DNA of 64,000 bases from Octopus vulgaris (Eukaryota), in contig OX597816.1 of NCBI GenBank assembly GCA_951406725.2, positions 80,848,001 to 80,912,000 on the forward strand. The letters run 5' to 3'. Both the position numbers and the translations under genes were made by a program. Positions 41,652 to 54,003 of this stretch are shown one piece after another. The notes beneath the pieces were generated by a model. That model ran no database searches, had not been told where the DNA came from, and saw only the letters and a list, made by a program, of their open reading frames with translations. Position 1 is the stretch's first letter. Each line of letters opens with the position of its first letter.

Positions 41652-43836
41652 GATATGCTTTAATGTTTGTATGATATTTTATTACATTTTTGCCTCTGCT
41701 TTGTTTCAATATATGAGACAATATTGAATACTCTATATTTATTCGAGCAACAACTGATGTAACTTTATCGGCAAAACCTCTCGTAAATGTCAGTCACCTC
41801 CCCATTGACTGGCGACAATATACGAAAGATGTGTCACTGGTGACTTTTATCACGTATGCTTACAATTTCCATAGAAATAATAGCAATTTTGTCAATACAG
41901 GATGACATAAAAACAAACTATTAAAACCTGTAAGATTCCATGGATTTCATTTCCTTGTTGTTCGTTCTGTATTTGCTTTACTCGTAAAGAAATATTGCTG
42001 AACTGAATTAGATTTTGTGTATTTGTTACTGAAACTTATGAGTGGTGATGGAGATTCATGTAACTCCGTTGGGTTGTTGTATTATCATTCAAGACTGAGA
42101 ATTAATTTAATGTATATGTGCAGAGTGTCATCCTAGCGGAACGTAGCTTAATTTCTGAGCTGGAAACATATTTCATGTAGGATGAATTAGAATCATGAAA
42201 AATAATGACTCGGTGAGGAAAAAAAATCGATATTTGTCAATGATTAATTTTTTTTTTATTTTATGATTTCTGTATAAGCGGGAGACAATTTCAGGATTTT
42301 TTCAGCAGTCAAGTGTGGATGTCCAGTATCGTACATTTATCAAAGGAATTTTCAATGATAACATCACCAAGTAAGCTGAAGCTTATGCATTACTGATGAA
42401 ATCAGAATAATATAGAATGAAGTCAGGAGTTGTTTACCGAAATAAGTGAAATAATATTAGTCATTGATTTCGTTTTTATCATCACATAATTTTTATTTAG
42501 TCTATTGCTTTCTCTGTCTATGGCAGAGCAAATTTTATATAATGCACACTAATGCAACTTTCATGAATATTGCAATGCTGTCACAGCATAGAATAGTGAA
42601 CTTTACTATTTCACTTTACCCATTCACATGCAATACAGTAATTTCTTTTATGTCATTAGGAGTGAAATGTTTTGGTTCTGGAAACTATTGTCTTCGTAAT
42701 AACGTTTAAACGGATAATTCTCTACTTAGTAGTTTGATATCCAATGGAGTCACTATCACCGATTAATGCACCTTGTATTAAATAAAACCCTAAAACTGTC
42801 TACTTTATCTGCCAATACAATTCTTCCTTGTTAGGAATTTGCCAATCCAAAAGTAAACGGATAACTAATGATCAGATATGTTACCATAACACTTAGGATT
42901 GCTGAATATCATCACTGAAAAATTAGTCTTCCAAACGGTATGGAAGAATTCAAAGCAAGTGATTTCATACTACTTAATTAAGCTATAACCATGGCATAAA
43001 TTAGAGTATAGGGAAATCTGAGAAAAAAAAAACGTCTCAAATGAACGTGCTTTGTTGATTCAAACAAGTACTTAAAACGTTATGGCAATTATTTTGTGGC
43101 AAATTGTTATTGCAGTGGTTGTTATAAATACATCTGTTATCGAAGAGCCATAAAATGAACGCTTTTCCAGATATGACTATCTCTGAATTTGCTGAGACAG
43201 TGTATTTAGGACAACCTAAGCCAGTGTATCTTTCCTTTCTAAAAATGAAACGCTGTGCCTTGACAGAAATTTAACTGCTACGTTGATAGGTTACTTGACT
43301 CGATAGAATTTAAATGCTCGAGGTACACACAAAACGCAGTATGAATGAACACCTAGAATATCTAGACTCGGTTTTCTCTATTTGTGTATTATATTTAATT
43401 AATAGATTTTTGAATAAGGCCAGCACCAGTTAATATTAACCCAGTTTAGTCGTAGACTGCAGCTTGTAGTAGTAAGACAAAAAATCTTTCACTTTCACCG
43501 CATATTCTGTTTCTTCTTTCTCCTTCTGTCTATAACTATCCCTTGACCCCCATTCTCTCTCTTGTCTGTTTACCGAAGCTTAGCCAAACAAGCCTAAATT
43601 CAATGTAGACAAGAAAACCTTATCCATGAAATCAAATAGTTTTTGGCTTTGTGTTTAGCACGTAACTTGAAAGTTTGTCGCTATTTTCGCTTCAAAATTG
43701 TAAATTTTTTAACTTTTAATGTTTCAGTCGCCAAGCAAAAATATAACAGTAGTTAAAATTAAAAGAAAGATGTATTTGTAATTTGAATGAGAGAAAATAG
43801 AGTTATTTTGGAAAAACACGTTTAACTAAAAGTTTA

Positions 43837-45125
43837 ACTAAATCTAGTAACATTAAATGATAGGCTATTTAGAATAATTTTGAGCAAGGCTCTCAATATT
43901 CAGTAATACAAAGCAATACTTGGTCCCGTATTTTGTTACTATATTTTATACAAAGATTCATTTTATAAACACGCAAAGTGTCGTCATCCATAAAAATATA
44001 TAAACTGTTTTGCAGTTTGCTAGGATTGAATCTGTGCGAACTGCAAATTCAATCCCCTACAAAGCAATTATATACACCAAGAAAATACAAGATTTTAAAG
44101 ATCCGTTATGGAAAAAAGGGAGAACGCGAACAATTGCTGCAATTATTCGCAGTCAAACAAACTTTAGCGAAAAGAGCTCGGCATCAGATGAAACAGCAGT
44201 TATTTACTAATGGGTTAACTGTTAAATATATCTTGACAAAAGAAAAATAAATATTGATTCAATTCTAAATATACTCTTGAAAATTGACTCTGGGCCACTA
44301 ATACAAAAATCGAATAACTCAGTAATAGATTGAAAATTTGGTAAATAAATACTCGACGACGGTTATGAGCTGCCAACAGAAGAGGAATGGTTGAGTGCTA
44401 AGTAGAACTCTTACACTGACCTACCAAGACAAAATATGAATATGTTACGACTAAATACAACCTCGTTAAGTAAATACTTAAGACGGTACGTGACTCGCCA
44501 AAACAAAAACGAAAGTCTTGGTTGTAAATAATACTTAAAACTTGGCTATGACTTGCCAAATGAGTTGTTTATATTTCTGAAATGTCTTCCTGCCTAATAT
44601 GGCACTACTTAAATAATTAGTAAACACTTAAAACTGTCCATAGTCATTAATTGGATTTTAGTAATGGGGTTGACTATTTCGGTTTAAACTACATTTTGCG
44701 TATGGAAATACATTTAGTGCCAATAAAAGGTCAGTGAAAATATATTTTTGTAACAAGTTATGTAAGGAAATTGTTGGCTCGCTCGATTCTGAACAGAAGC
44801 CAAATTTATCTCATGCAGCAATACTTGCTTTTATTATTTTTTCTTTGCATTTTCAGTTAAGTAACTTTTTATCAGCGAGCTGGAGATAATAACATCCACC
44901 ATATTCTTTAAGTAGAAATATTAATCTATATATCCAGCAGATGATAAAACGAATAGATAAGTGAATGATGTTCTTTCTATTGGACTAAATCTAATAAAAT
45001 TAAATGATAGGCTATTTATAATAATTTTGAGCAAGGCTCTCAATAGTCAGTAATACAAAGCAATACTTGGTCCCGTATTTTGTTACCATATTTTATACAG
45101 ATTAATTTTATAAACACGAAAATGT
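43837..45125. repeat. ~140-bp direct repeat pair 1147 bp apart
   Basis: 43837-~43980 versus 44984-~45125 (TTAAATGATAGGCTATTTA...GAGCAAGGCTCTCAATA.TCAGTAATACAAAGCAATACTTGGTCCCGTATTTTGTTAC), high but imperfect identity. Confidence 0.9.
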
Positions 45126-45257
45126 TTATATTTTGGTGGTGCAAATGAGATTTTCGTGTTTTTCCAAACATTAAATGATTCACTTTATTATTTCTCAGTA
45201 TTATCTCAGCTGTGGCGAAAATACTCCTCCAAATTTCAATCACACACTAAATTCTTG

Positions 45258-45460
45258 TCAGAATCGTTGGCACGCCGGGCGAAATGCTTAGCAACATTTC
45301 GTCCGTCTTTACGTTCTGAGTTCAAATTCCACCGAGGTCGACTGTACTTTTCATCTTTTCGAAGATCCATAAATTAAGTATCAATCAAGTACTGGGTCCA
45401 TATGATCAGTTGCCCCGCTTCCCACAAAATTCCAGGCCTTGTGCCTATAGAAGTAAGGAT
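45258..45460 (+). mobile_element. SINE family A with (ATT)n tail
   Basis: CAGAATCGTTGGCACGCCGGGCGAAATGCTTAGC...GAGTTCAAATTCCACCGAGGTCGAC. Confidence 0.85.
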
Positions 45461-45496
45461 TATTATTATTATTGTTATTATTATTATTATAAGTAT

Positions 45497-46027
45497 ATAA
45501 ACAAGCGTTACTCGTGGTCGGTGCATTTTTTTAATAAAAATGTGAAGGCGGTTTATCAATTCAAAAATCGATCTAGACGAAATAATGATACTTTCTGGGG
45601 TTTTTTTATGCTAAAATCCTTCCTGACGACCGTCTTTGTAATCCACAAAAATATCGTTATCATTGGTAAAATGGGAACAGACAAATAGACGGATAGATGG
45701 ACATAACTCCCATTATAGTAAGATATCAAATCTGACCATCTACGATGGGAAATAAAAGGATAGTATCGCAAATCAAAACCCTCTAAATTCACGAATTATA
45801 CGATTTAAGACTCGTCGCCGGAATTTTAACAAAAAAATCAAAGGTGGTTTATTAATATAAAACTCAATATTCACTAAATAATCATACTTTTCACAATTTT
45901 TTCTCGTTAAGAACCTTCTTGATAACCTCCTTCGTAATCCTGAAAAACATCGCGACCATTGATCCAGCTGTTGGACTGTGAAGAGGGAACAGACAGACAG
46001 ACGCACATAACGTCCATTATAGTAAGA
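45497..46027 (+). mobile_element. Possible DINE-1/Helentron-like non-autonomous element, two tandem diverged units
   Basis: Both units end GGGAACAGACA...(GACA-like)...ACATAAC.(T)CCATTATAGTAAGAT (ending 45724 and 46027). The class is assigned by resemblance only. Confidence 0.45.
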
Positions 46028-46120
46028 TATATATATATATGTATAGAGAGAGAGAGAAAAAGAGGCTTTATACATATATATATATAGATACAGAGATAGA
46101 TATTTATATATATCAAGAGA

Positions 46121-46155
<35 letters not shown>

Positions 46156-46176
46156 TATGTATATATATTTATATAT

Positions 46177-46340
46177 TCGGTATCTACCCCTTTTGATGTT
46201 TGGGAATTCTCTGATATTTTTTCGGCTGACGAGTACGAGCCATCTATATTCACTGCATTTTTTGTAGCTTATTAAAGATGTCCTCGTACGAAACGATCGT
46301 ACCGAGATTTTAATCCATTCTTGTTGCTTTTTTCCTATTT
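46177..46340 (+). mobile_element. Short Penelope/retrozyme-like island in (TA)n
   Basis: ~165-bp non-coding island with a central hammerhead, flanked on both sides by TATATATTTATATAT and TA runs. Confidence 0.7.
46221..46306 (+). ncRNA. Type I hammerhead ribozyme (predicted), canonical core
   Basis: Stem I TTCGG/CCGAG; CTGACGA (46226-46232); stem II GTACGAG/CTCGTAC with G10.1-C11.1 and inner CATCT/AGATG; GAAA; palindromic ACGATCGT stem III; GUA, cut after 46301. Confidence 0.88.
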
Positions 46341-46954
46341 ATATATTTATATATATATAAATGTGTGATCCAATGATCGAGGTGTAGGAAGAAAGTGAAC
46401 TTCAAGCATTCTGTAGGTAATATACACAAATTACTTTCAGGTACAACAGTGGCTTATTGGTGCAGAGGTTTGTGAATTTTTCCCGTGTCGAAGTACGATG
46501 AGCTAAAAAAAAAAAATTCTTTTTCACGGTTGGCAGCCAGAGTTGCTGGGTTTGCGAATAAAAATTCAAAATTTAAGGTATGTAGTAGATAAAATCCGGG
46601 CTACAAATGTTTCATACCGAGCGGAACCTCGAATGTAGTAAATATTCAAGCGAAAGTGTATCTTACGTATATGAAGTTTATTTTGTCGTGAGGGGACCGA
46701 AGTTAACACACGGATGATTCGATCAGAATGTGTGTGTGTGTGCGTGTGTGTACACACACACACACACACACAAACAGATGTGGGCACGTAAGCCTCCAAT
46801 TATACACTTCTTGATCCGCCATTCCTTAAACAAATGTAAACGAGCCCTCAGACTTGAGGTCACATAAGTGTTACGCACGAAAATCTCGGCCCTTGAGTGT
46901 CGCTTGAAATGTCTGCTAATTAAAATTGTAAATAATATACATATATAACTACCA

Positions 46955-46991
<37 letters not shown>

Positions 46992-47122
46992 GCACACATA
47001 CATGTATGTAATTATGTATATATATATATATATAAAGAATAAAGTCAAATGATGTGAGAAGTGAATATAGATATACTTTTGAATGTTGCTTGATTCACGA
47101 AATCTTGTTTTCTACTACTTTC

Positions 47123-47173
<51 letters not shown>

Positions 47174-47283
47174 ACACGGACATATACGTACAGATTAATG
47201 TATACAAGTAAATATACGTGATGCACTCATATATATGTAATTATATACATCCCTGCATGCACATATATGTACTTGATACCAAA

Positions 47284-47327
<44 letters not shown>

Positions 47328-47856
47328 CATGGAGTAAAATTGATGGATGAATGCATTGATCAATCTATCTATGGATGAATGGATGGAAGGATTGATAAGT
47401 GGATAAGAAAATATGTCGATAGGCATCTATGTAGACAGTCATTCAGCAACTACGTCAGTCAAAATGCCAAACCGACAGGTATACTTACAGGTAAGCAAGC
47501 AGTCATATAGGTATTTATACATATACATACATATATATATATCGGAGGTAAGTAGGCAGGCAGAGATGGAATAGATAAGCAGCTATGTAGAAGAGGGGAT
47601 GAGATAGAGGGTAGACAGGTAGACAGCGTTGCAGAATTGTGGTAAAAGGCTGGTGGGTAAGTTTAATATGAAGTTAGATGGGTAGGTAGGGATATTTCAT
47701 ATCGAAATGCATTCATATGTTACAAGGAACTTGCTCTATAACAATATATGTAGGTATGTCATAAATATTAATAGAGTTATAATATACATACACACGTGCG
47801 TATATGAACACAATATTCATATACGGATATAGGTGCAATTTTATATAATTTTATGC

Positions 47857-47905
<49 letters not shown>

Positions 47906-48634
47906 GGCATACACAAATATTTATATTCATGTGTGTGTGTGTGTGTGTATAAATATATATATATACAGATACACACAGTTTCAGATAAACAGAGGGAGGT
48001 ATGTCCGTGTATATATATATATATATATATGCGTGTAATGTGCGTGCATATACATTACACAATCTAAACACACACATATTGTGACAAAGTAAATGAATGC
48101 TAAAGATAAGAGAGACGGTAAGAGGGAGAACGAGATAAAATGACTCTAAAAGAGACACTGATAGTGTGCGAGAGAGGAATTTGGAGTGAGCAGGAGAGAG
48201 AGAAACACAGAAAGACAGAGTGAAAGACTTATAAATAGACATAACTGGTCTTTCTCTTGCATTATTTAGTATTTAGTGTATGAAAAAAAACAAAAGGAAT
48301 CGGTTTTTTTTTTCTTAAATCAATGCGTAAAGCACATGATTTGTTTGTGTTCACCAACTAACCTCGATTTATAGCTCATCTTTTCTTTCACCATTGTATA
48401 TGAGTGAGATCAATATACAATCACAGAAACTAGATAGATGACCCAAAATACTGAGTTCAAACGGAATTATAAAAGGAACAATGAAAATTGAGAAGGAAAC
48501 AGTTTAAAAATCGATAATTTTCTGAACTGTGTTTTAGAGAAAGCCTTCAGCAGGAAAACGGGAAACATATATCAACATATGTCTATTTTTTTTTGGAATG
48601 TGTTTGTTTCATTATGTTTATATGTTTTTGTATA

Positions 48635-48668
<34 letters not shown>

Positions 48669-51600
48669 TGGGCGTTATTTTTACATTGTTTGCATTGCTT
48701 TAGAAAGAATAGAAATTTTGGGGGAAGGCGTTATTGAAATGTTGATTTCTAGTTTAGAAATCGATAAATTAAATACCAGTAAAATATTGGGATCGATTTC
48801 AATTGACCGAAAACTTTCCTCAGAGCGAAAAATATTTTAGGTGCCCTAGGCTCGACGAAAAAATCGATGTTTCAAAAAAAAATCGAAATTATGGAAGTTA
48901 AATAAGCATTGTTAAAAAGAGATCAGGAGGCAACAGAATACTTTATTGCGTGTGCGGTATCAGAGGGGTTCAGATATATACATACATACATACATATACA
49001 GCTGTATATTATTAAGGTAGTGAACAGGTAATATCTTAAGAGCATCGGGAAAAAATGCTTTGCTGTATTTTTTCTGATTTCCAGTTCCGCCGAGGTCAAC
49101 CTTGCAACTCATCCTTTTGAGAACGATAAAAGGATTACCAGTCAAGTATTAAACATGATGTAATTGATTTGTACTATTACCCTCACCAAATTTCAGACGG
49201 TGTGTCTATATTACAAACAATTATTATTATTACGATTGTTATCCGTTTTCTTATTGTTATTACTATCTCTCAAAGCTGCAACATGAATGCATTCACAAAG
49301 AAGTATCTATTCAGGACCCCTGTCACATTTAACCTATTATTAACATATAATTTATAATGGCGTATGTGTGTGGGTGTTAAAAATTTACGCTAACCGAACT
49401 AAAGTGAGTGAAAAATATGTGTGCGTGTGTGAAGAGAGAGGGACAAGAGGAGGAGAGAAAGAAGTGACATTAAATTCTATATATATTCAAATTTTTGTAT
49501 AATGATAATCCTTAGCGTTAAATACACGTATTCCCATCAAATCAAATGAAAAACCAATTGAAGTCTAACTCTAGTTACCAATCAGGACTGAGATATGTAA
49601 AGCCTTCCCTCCCGAAATTTATCAATGCGACTGGTAAAGTTGTACTTCATATTTTAAGTGAGAAAAAGTACGGTGCTCTGGGCATGTAAATAGCAACCCT
49701 GCAGCTGCGATTTCTGCTGCTGTTGTTGGTGATGTGGTTTGAATAAAGCCCATCCTCAGTTGATCACACTTATGGTCAAAGACTTTCAGGAATTAACAAT
49801 CTCCTCTAGAGAACGACACTATATATCATTGTTCCCTTAGTTGAAGTGGCGGTCGTAACGTGAAGGAGATTTGGCTGTTATATCTGACCGATTAATTAAC
49901 CATAATAGATCATTCTTTGCTGGTTCGATTTAATCAGGTAGGAGATCATTGTATTCAATTTGTAAGAAAACCATTCGATTTTACCAGTAAGAAGTTTCAA
50001 TTCCCCCTCAGTTTATCTGCTGTCTTTTGAGCTAAAAATATTCGTGTCAAACTTATATTTAATGTATCTCTATTTGTTATTTTAACTGGCTAAGCCACTT
50101 TGATTCGATCTTATACACACTGCAACGTAATTGAATACAGGATTACTTTTAAGAAAGAAAAAAACTTGAAATAAAAATTAAATAACAGTTGGTTTATGTT
50201 ATAGGTTGGCACGCTCTCTGGAAAATAATCGGTAAGACGGCTACTTCAAAGTCGCTTGATACGTGGATCGGTTCCCGTTACAATAATATATGTGTGGCTT
50301 TGGCTACCACATTAAGTTTCAATTTGCATGTAAGTTTATATATATATATATATATATACATATGTGTGTGTGTAAGAGCGATAGATATACGCACACATCT
50401 ATGTGTATATGTGTGCATATATGTATTTTCATTTGTATATCTATCTATATATCTCTCGGCCAGTTCTGAACCAAAAGATTCACGTTCAGGGGCGTTCGTA
50501 TAATGGTTAACCATGTTTTTTATCAAGCATAATGTATTAATAGCTACATTATCCAATGTGGTCGTCCATTATTCAAGAGAGGAATTTGCGATTTGACAAA
50601 GAAATTTGCTGCTAATTCTAGCATTCGAAAGGTAACATCGTCTCCCACGTCGATTCACATATTTGTGTGTATATGTCTGTGTGTGCGTACCGCAGGCTGT
50701 ATATGTGTTACGAGAGTGCGCATCAACATCCAAATATATTTCTTCAAGGTACTTTATATTCAATTACTTAATAATTATTAAACTGGTTTCTCTTTCGTCT
50801 AATGACTATTGGTTGCAAAGGAAGACACAAAAAAGGTTTAAATTACCCCCAGGGGAATTCCTCATGAAGTGGCTCAACAAACTGATTGTCTATTAAAGGA
50901 TAAATATATATAAATCCGACATTAGTAATTATTTGATGAGTTTCCAAACAAGGAGATATTAATCCTAAGGCTGTATTTCTCATAAGATGATACACAGAGA
51001 TTTTGTACAAGTAAATAAATAGAAAAACAGAAAAAATTACATATATCTGATTTTGAAGAAAAATGTTTTATGAAAGCGCCTGGAAGACAAAATTCGATGT
51101 GAAGAAATAAACGATAAAGTTTGATAGACTGCATTGTTTCTTAAAGGAACCGAATTATAAAATGGACAAATCGATAAAATATGCTTTTGGATCTTTTCCA
51201 TATAGAAACGAGTGGGAATGTTTTTCCGTTTTCCGCTAAGTATCGGTTGTATTTCTCTTAACAATAAAACAGATTTATAGATGCTGAAAATTAAAGTCAG
51301 CCTGTGTTAAATATAGTTTAGTGATGATGCTGATTAGAGACACACGCACATATGCATACGTACGTACTTATACTGGTGCATAGTAATATTTCACTTACCT
51401 GTAAACTATTCTTAATATAAATTGAGTTGGCTGGCGAAAACTAATTCATCGTCGAATATAATGAGGTTTCACATCCACAGACTAAATATATTGAAATTAG
51501 ATACTATTAGAACAACCTTGCTTTCGGTTGTTTACTGGTTAGAATATAGAGAAGAAAATATACGTTGTTCTTCGGGAGAGAAGTGAATTGAATATGTCAA

Positions 51601-51901
51601 ATCTTACCGAGCAATCTTAAAATAAATTGCGATAAATTTTCAGCCTGTATTAAACTCATGTCTTGGTTCAGCTTCTGTTTATGATTGTAAATATTTAACT
51701 CCTTTATCTTATGCTTAAACTTAAAAAGTGCATGAGTGCCAAACGATGGTTCCTTGAACTTGAAGAAAAAGAAAACACTATTTATTCATCGTCGGGCATC
51801 CAACCATGGCTCACTTGGCTGAAACTTGAAAGTCAATCTCAATGATATTCTTTAACAGTTATATATATCTGTGTGTGTGTGTGTGTAAAGATATAGATAT
51901 T

Positions 51902-51951
<50 letters not shown>

Positions 51952-51959
51952 AGTGTGTA

Positions 51960-52140
51960 TACTAGGGGAGCTGAAAAGTTCCTGGTTTTGGGTAAAAGAA
52001 AATACAGGATTAGTTAATTATGATTTTATAGAATATATTCCCCCTCTCAGGTTCACATATTTACTGCAGCGGTCCTTCAGTTATTTCTAAGCCCTGAAAA
52101 AGAACTCTGAAGGTTGCGCCTCCAACCAGACCTTACAGCA
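51960..52140 (-). mobile_element. Mariner transposon 3' end remnant (TIR plus transposase C-terminus)
   Basis: TA followed by the TIR-like CTAGGGGAGCTGAAAAGTTCCTGG. The minus strand encodes frameshifted WLEAQPSEFF..GLE/LKDRCSKYVNLRG, like the mariner C-terminal G..KL..RW.KC...GEY motif. Confidence 0.68.
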
Positions 52141-52194
52141 TATCAAGAATGTAACAGCTGGAGGAAGACAAGCCGCATTACTACTCATCTTGTA

Positions 52195-52334
52195 CCCATT
52201 CTCAGCAGTGTAGATTGGAGCAACGTGAAATGAAATGTCATGCTAAAAAAACACAATGCGCCCCTCGAGCCAAGATATACAGCTATGTCCTTAAGGTTGT
52301 GAGCCGAGCACCCTTAATCACTAGACCGTGCGCC
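52195..52334 (-). mobile_element. Old tRNA-derived SINE fragment
   Basis: Minus strand reads GGCGCACGGTCTAGTGATTAAGGGTGCTCGGCTCACAACC (tRNA-like head) followed by CATTTCACGTTGCTCCAATCTAC. Confidence 0.55.
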
Positions 52335-53349
52335 GTATACATGTAATCTCGATTTCATTTTACTAAAATAAGAGACTAAAGAAAGAAAACATGTACAGGT
52401 TTACCTTGTGAACAATACACTGACTGGGCGCCTTCCCCAAGTAGATACAATTGTATTGAATGCTTCGAGGGGAAATTTGTTAATCTACTCCGAAACTTCG
52501 AAAATCATCCTTATGTATATTGAAATTTATGCTACATGAACAGAAAGTAAAATACCTTATTACGGTATTATTTTGCCGTAAATTAGGTTAATAATGTCCC
52601 AAATTATCAAAGACAATATCCTATAAGCACATAAGCATACAAATAATTCTTCTGCAAAGATAAGAATATTATAGTAAAATTATATGAAAAACGATGTAAA
52701 TGCTACTGTAACATGCAACTTAAGAACAAGAGGGGATTAAACGTGACCTTCCTGGATAAATCAAGAATTGTAACTATTTTTTAGTAATTAACTAACTACG
52801 TAAACTTTAGCAACTGTGAATTGTTTAAAAAAAAACGAAAGAAAATTGAGAAGCACCGAACCAAAAGAAAATTTATCGACAATGGAAGAAAGGTGACAAA
52901 TTGTGTTTGGAGAAATTCTACAGATTTAACTAAAGGGTTGTAAAACGTCCTGTCATGATCTGCGTTCCAATCTTTAGAGCGTCATACAAAATGTCCTTTT
53001 GTGTTTAGTTACGCCCCCTCACGTTCCGATTTCAAATCCAGTCGAAATTAATTTCATCTTTCATCCTTCTGAAGTCAATAAAATAAAGTACTAGTACAGT
53101 GCTGAAGTCTATTTTATCGACTAACCCTTCCCTCAAAATGTCGAGCTATCTGCTTATTTTTGAAATGATCGCTGTCAGAATTTCAGTACCTAGTTACGTT
53201 TCTTTAGTTTCTTTTGGGGCGGTGGACTGGCAGAATCCTTAAAGCCTCAGACGTCAGACCTTGTGGTAATTGTTCCACTACTGTTCATTCTGATCTCGAC
53301 TCCCGCCTTTCAGTCAATTTAGCATATCTAAGCTTATATAATGTATCAA

Positions 53350-54003
53350 TTTAATACTGCAACCGGTAGTACCGATTGTTCTGTTCCCCAAGAACGACGA
53401 AACCATTCCGTATGAACTTGTTTTACTGTCCTGACTTTGCGGACTTCTGGAGTTATGTTGAATAGCAACTGCCCAGTGTTGGACGAATCTGGAGAACAGC
53501 CGAAACTTGGTTATTCTGTCGCCTCCCTCCTTTAACCAGACAGAAAAGAGAGTCATCTATCTGTTGTCTGTGTTTAAAGAGTTCGTGAGGTGGACGAAGA
53601 TAAAAAATTTGAGGACACATTCTTTTCCTCGGCTGAGCTTTCACCAATGTTTCCAAGTTTCACTAGAAAAAGCAAAGAGGAGATGGAGAGGGGAGTGCTG
53701 TCGTCAATCCAAATTTATTGAAAGTTAGGAAAATGGCAAGAGTTGATGGGAAGACAACTGAGGGGGACACGTGACATTAGTGTTCGGGGTGATCTTACAT
53801 CTGTGAGATTCAAATATCAGGAAGACAGCTTGATTATCGTTTATAATTTGTATACAATGTATAATTATATTTCATATATTTTTTTTCAACTCATTTGATT
53901 TTCTATGTAAATCTCCACACTTTATGTCTGCCTTTGTAATTTCCCCCTCATCAGACTACCTGGTAACAAATAAAAGAAATCATTATTATTATTATTATTA
54001 TCA
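53350..54003 (+). mobile_element. Decayed 3' end of a Tx1/L1-group LINE (ORF2 C-terminal Cys-rich region plus 3' UTR)
   Basis: Frameshifted DETIP../YCPDFADFWSYVE*QL..GRI../ILSPPSFNQTEKRVIYLLSVFKEFVRWTK; ends in AATAAAAGAAATC(ATT)n. Boundaries are approximate. Confidence 0.55.

Noticed and set aside
42390-42460. CTGATGA...GAAAT possible hammerhead
   Set aside because: Stems II and III and the cleavage triplet cannot be formed.
48785-48830. Minus-strand CTGAGGA...GAAATCGATC hammerhead-like string
   Set aside because: Stem I is not complementary, and it lies within a decayed SINE A copy.
50900-51260. Coding-like composition suggesting an exon or transposase relic
   Set aside because: All frames are interrupted and no motif is recognised; BLASTX would be needed.
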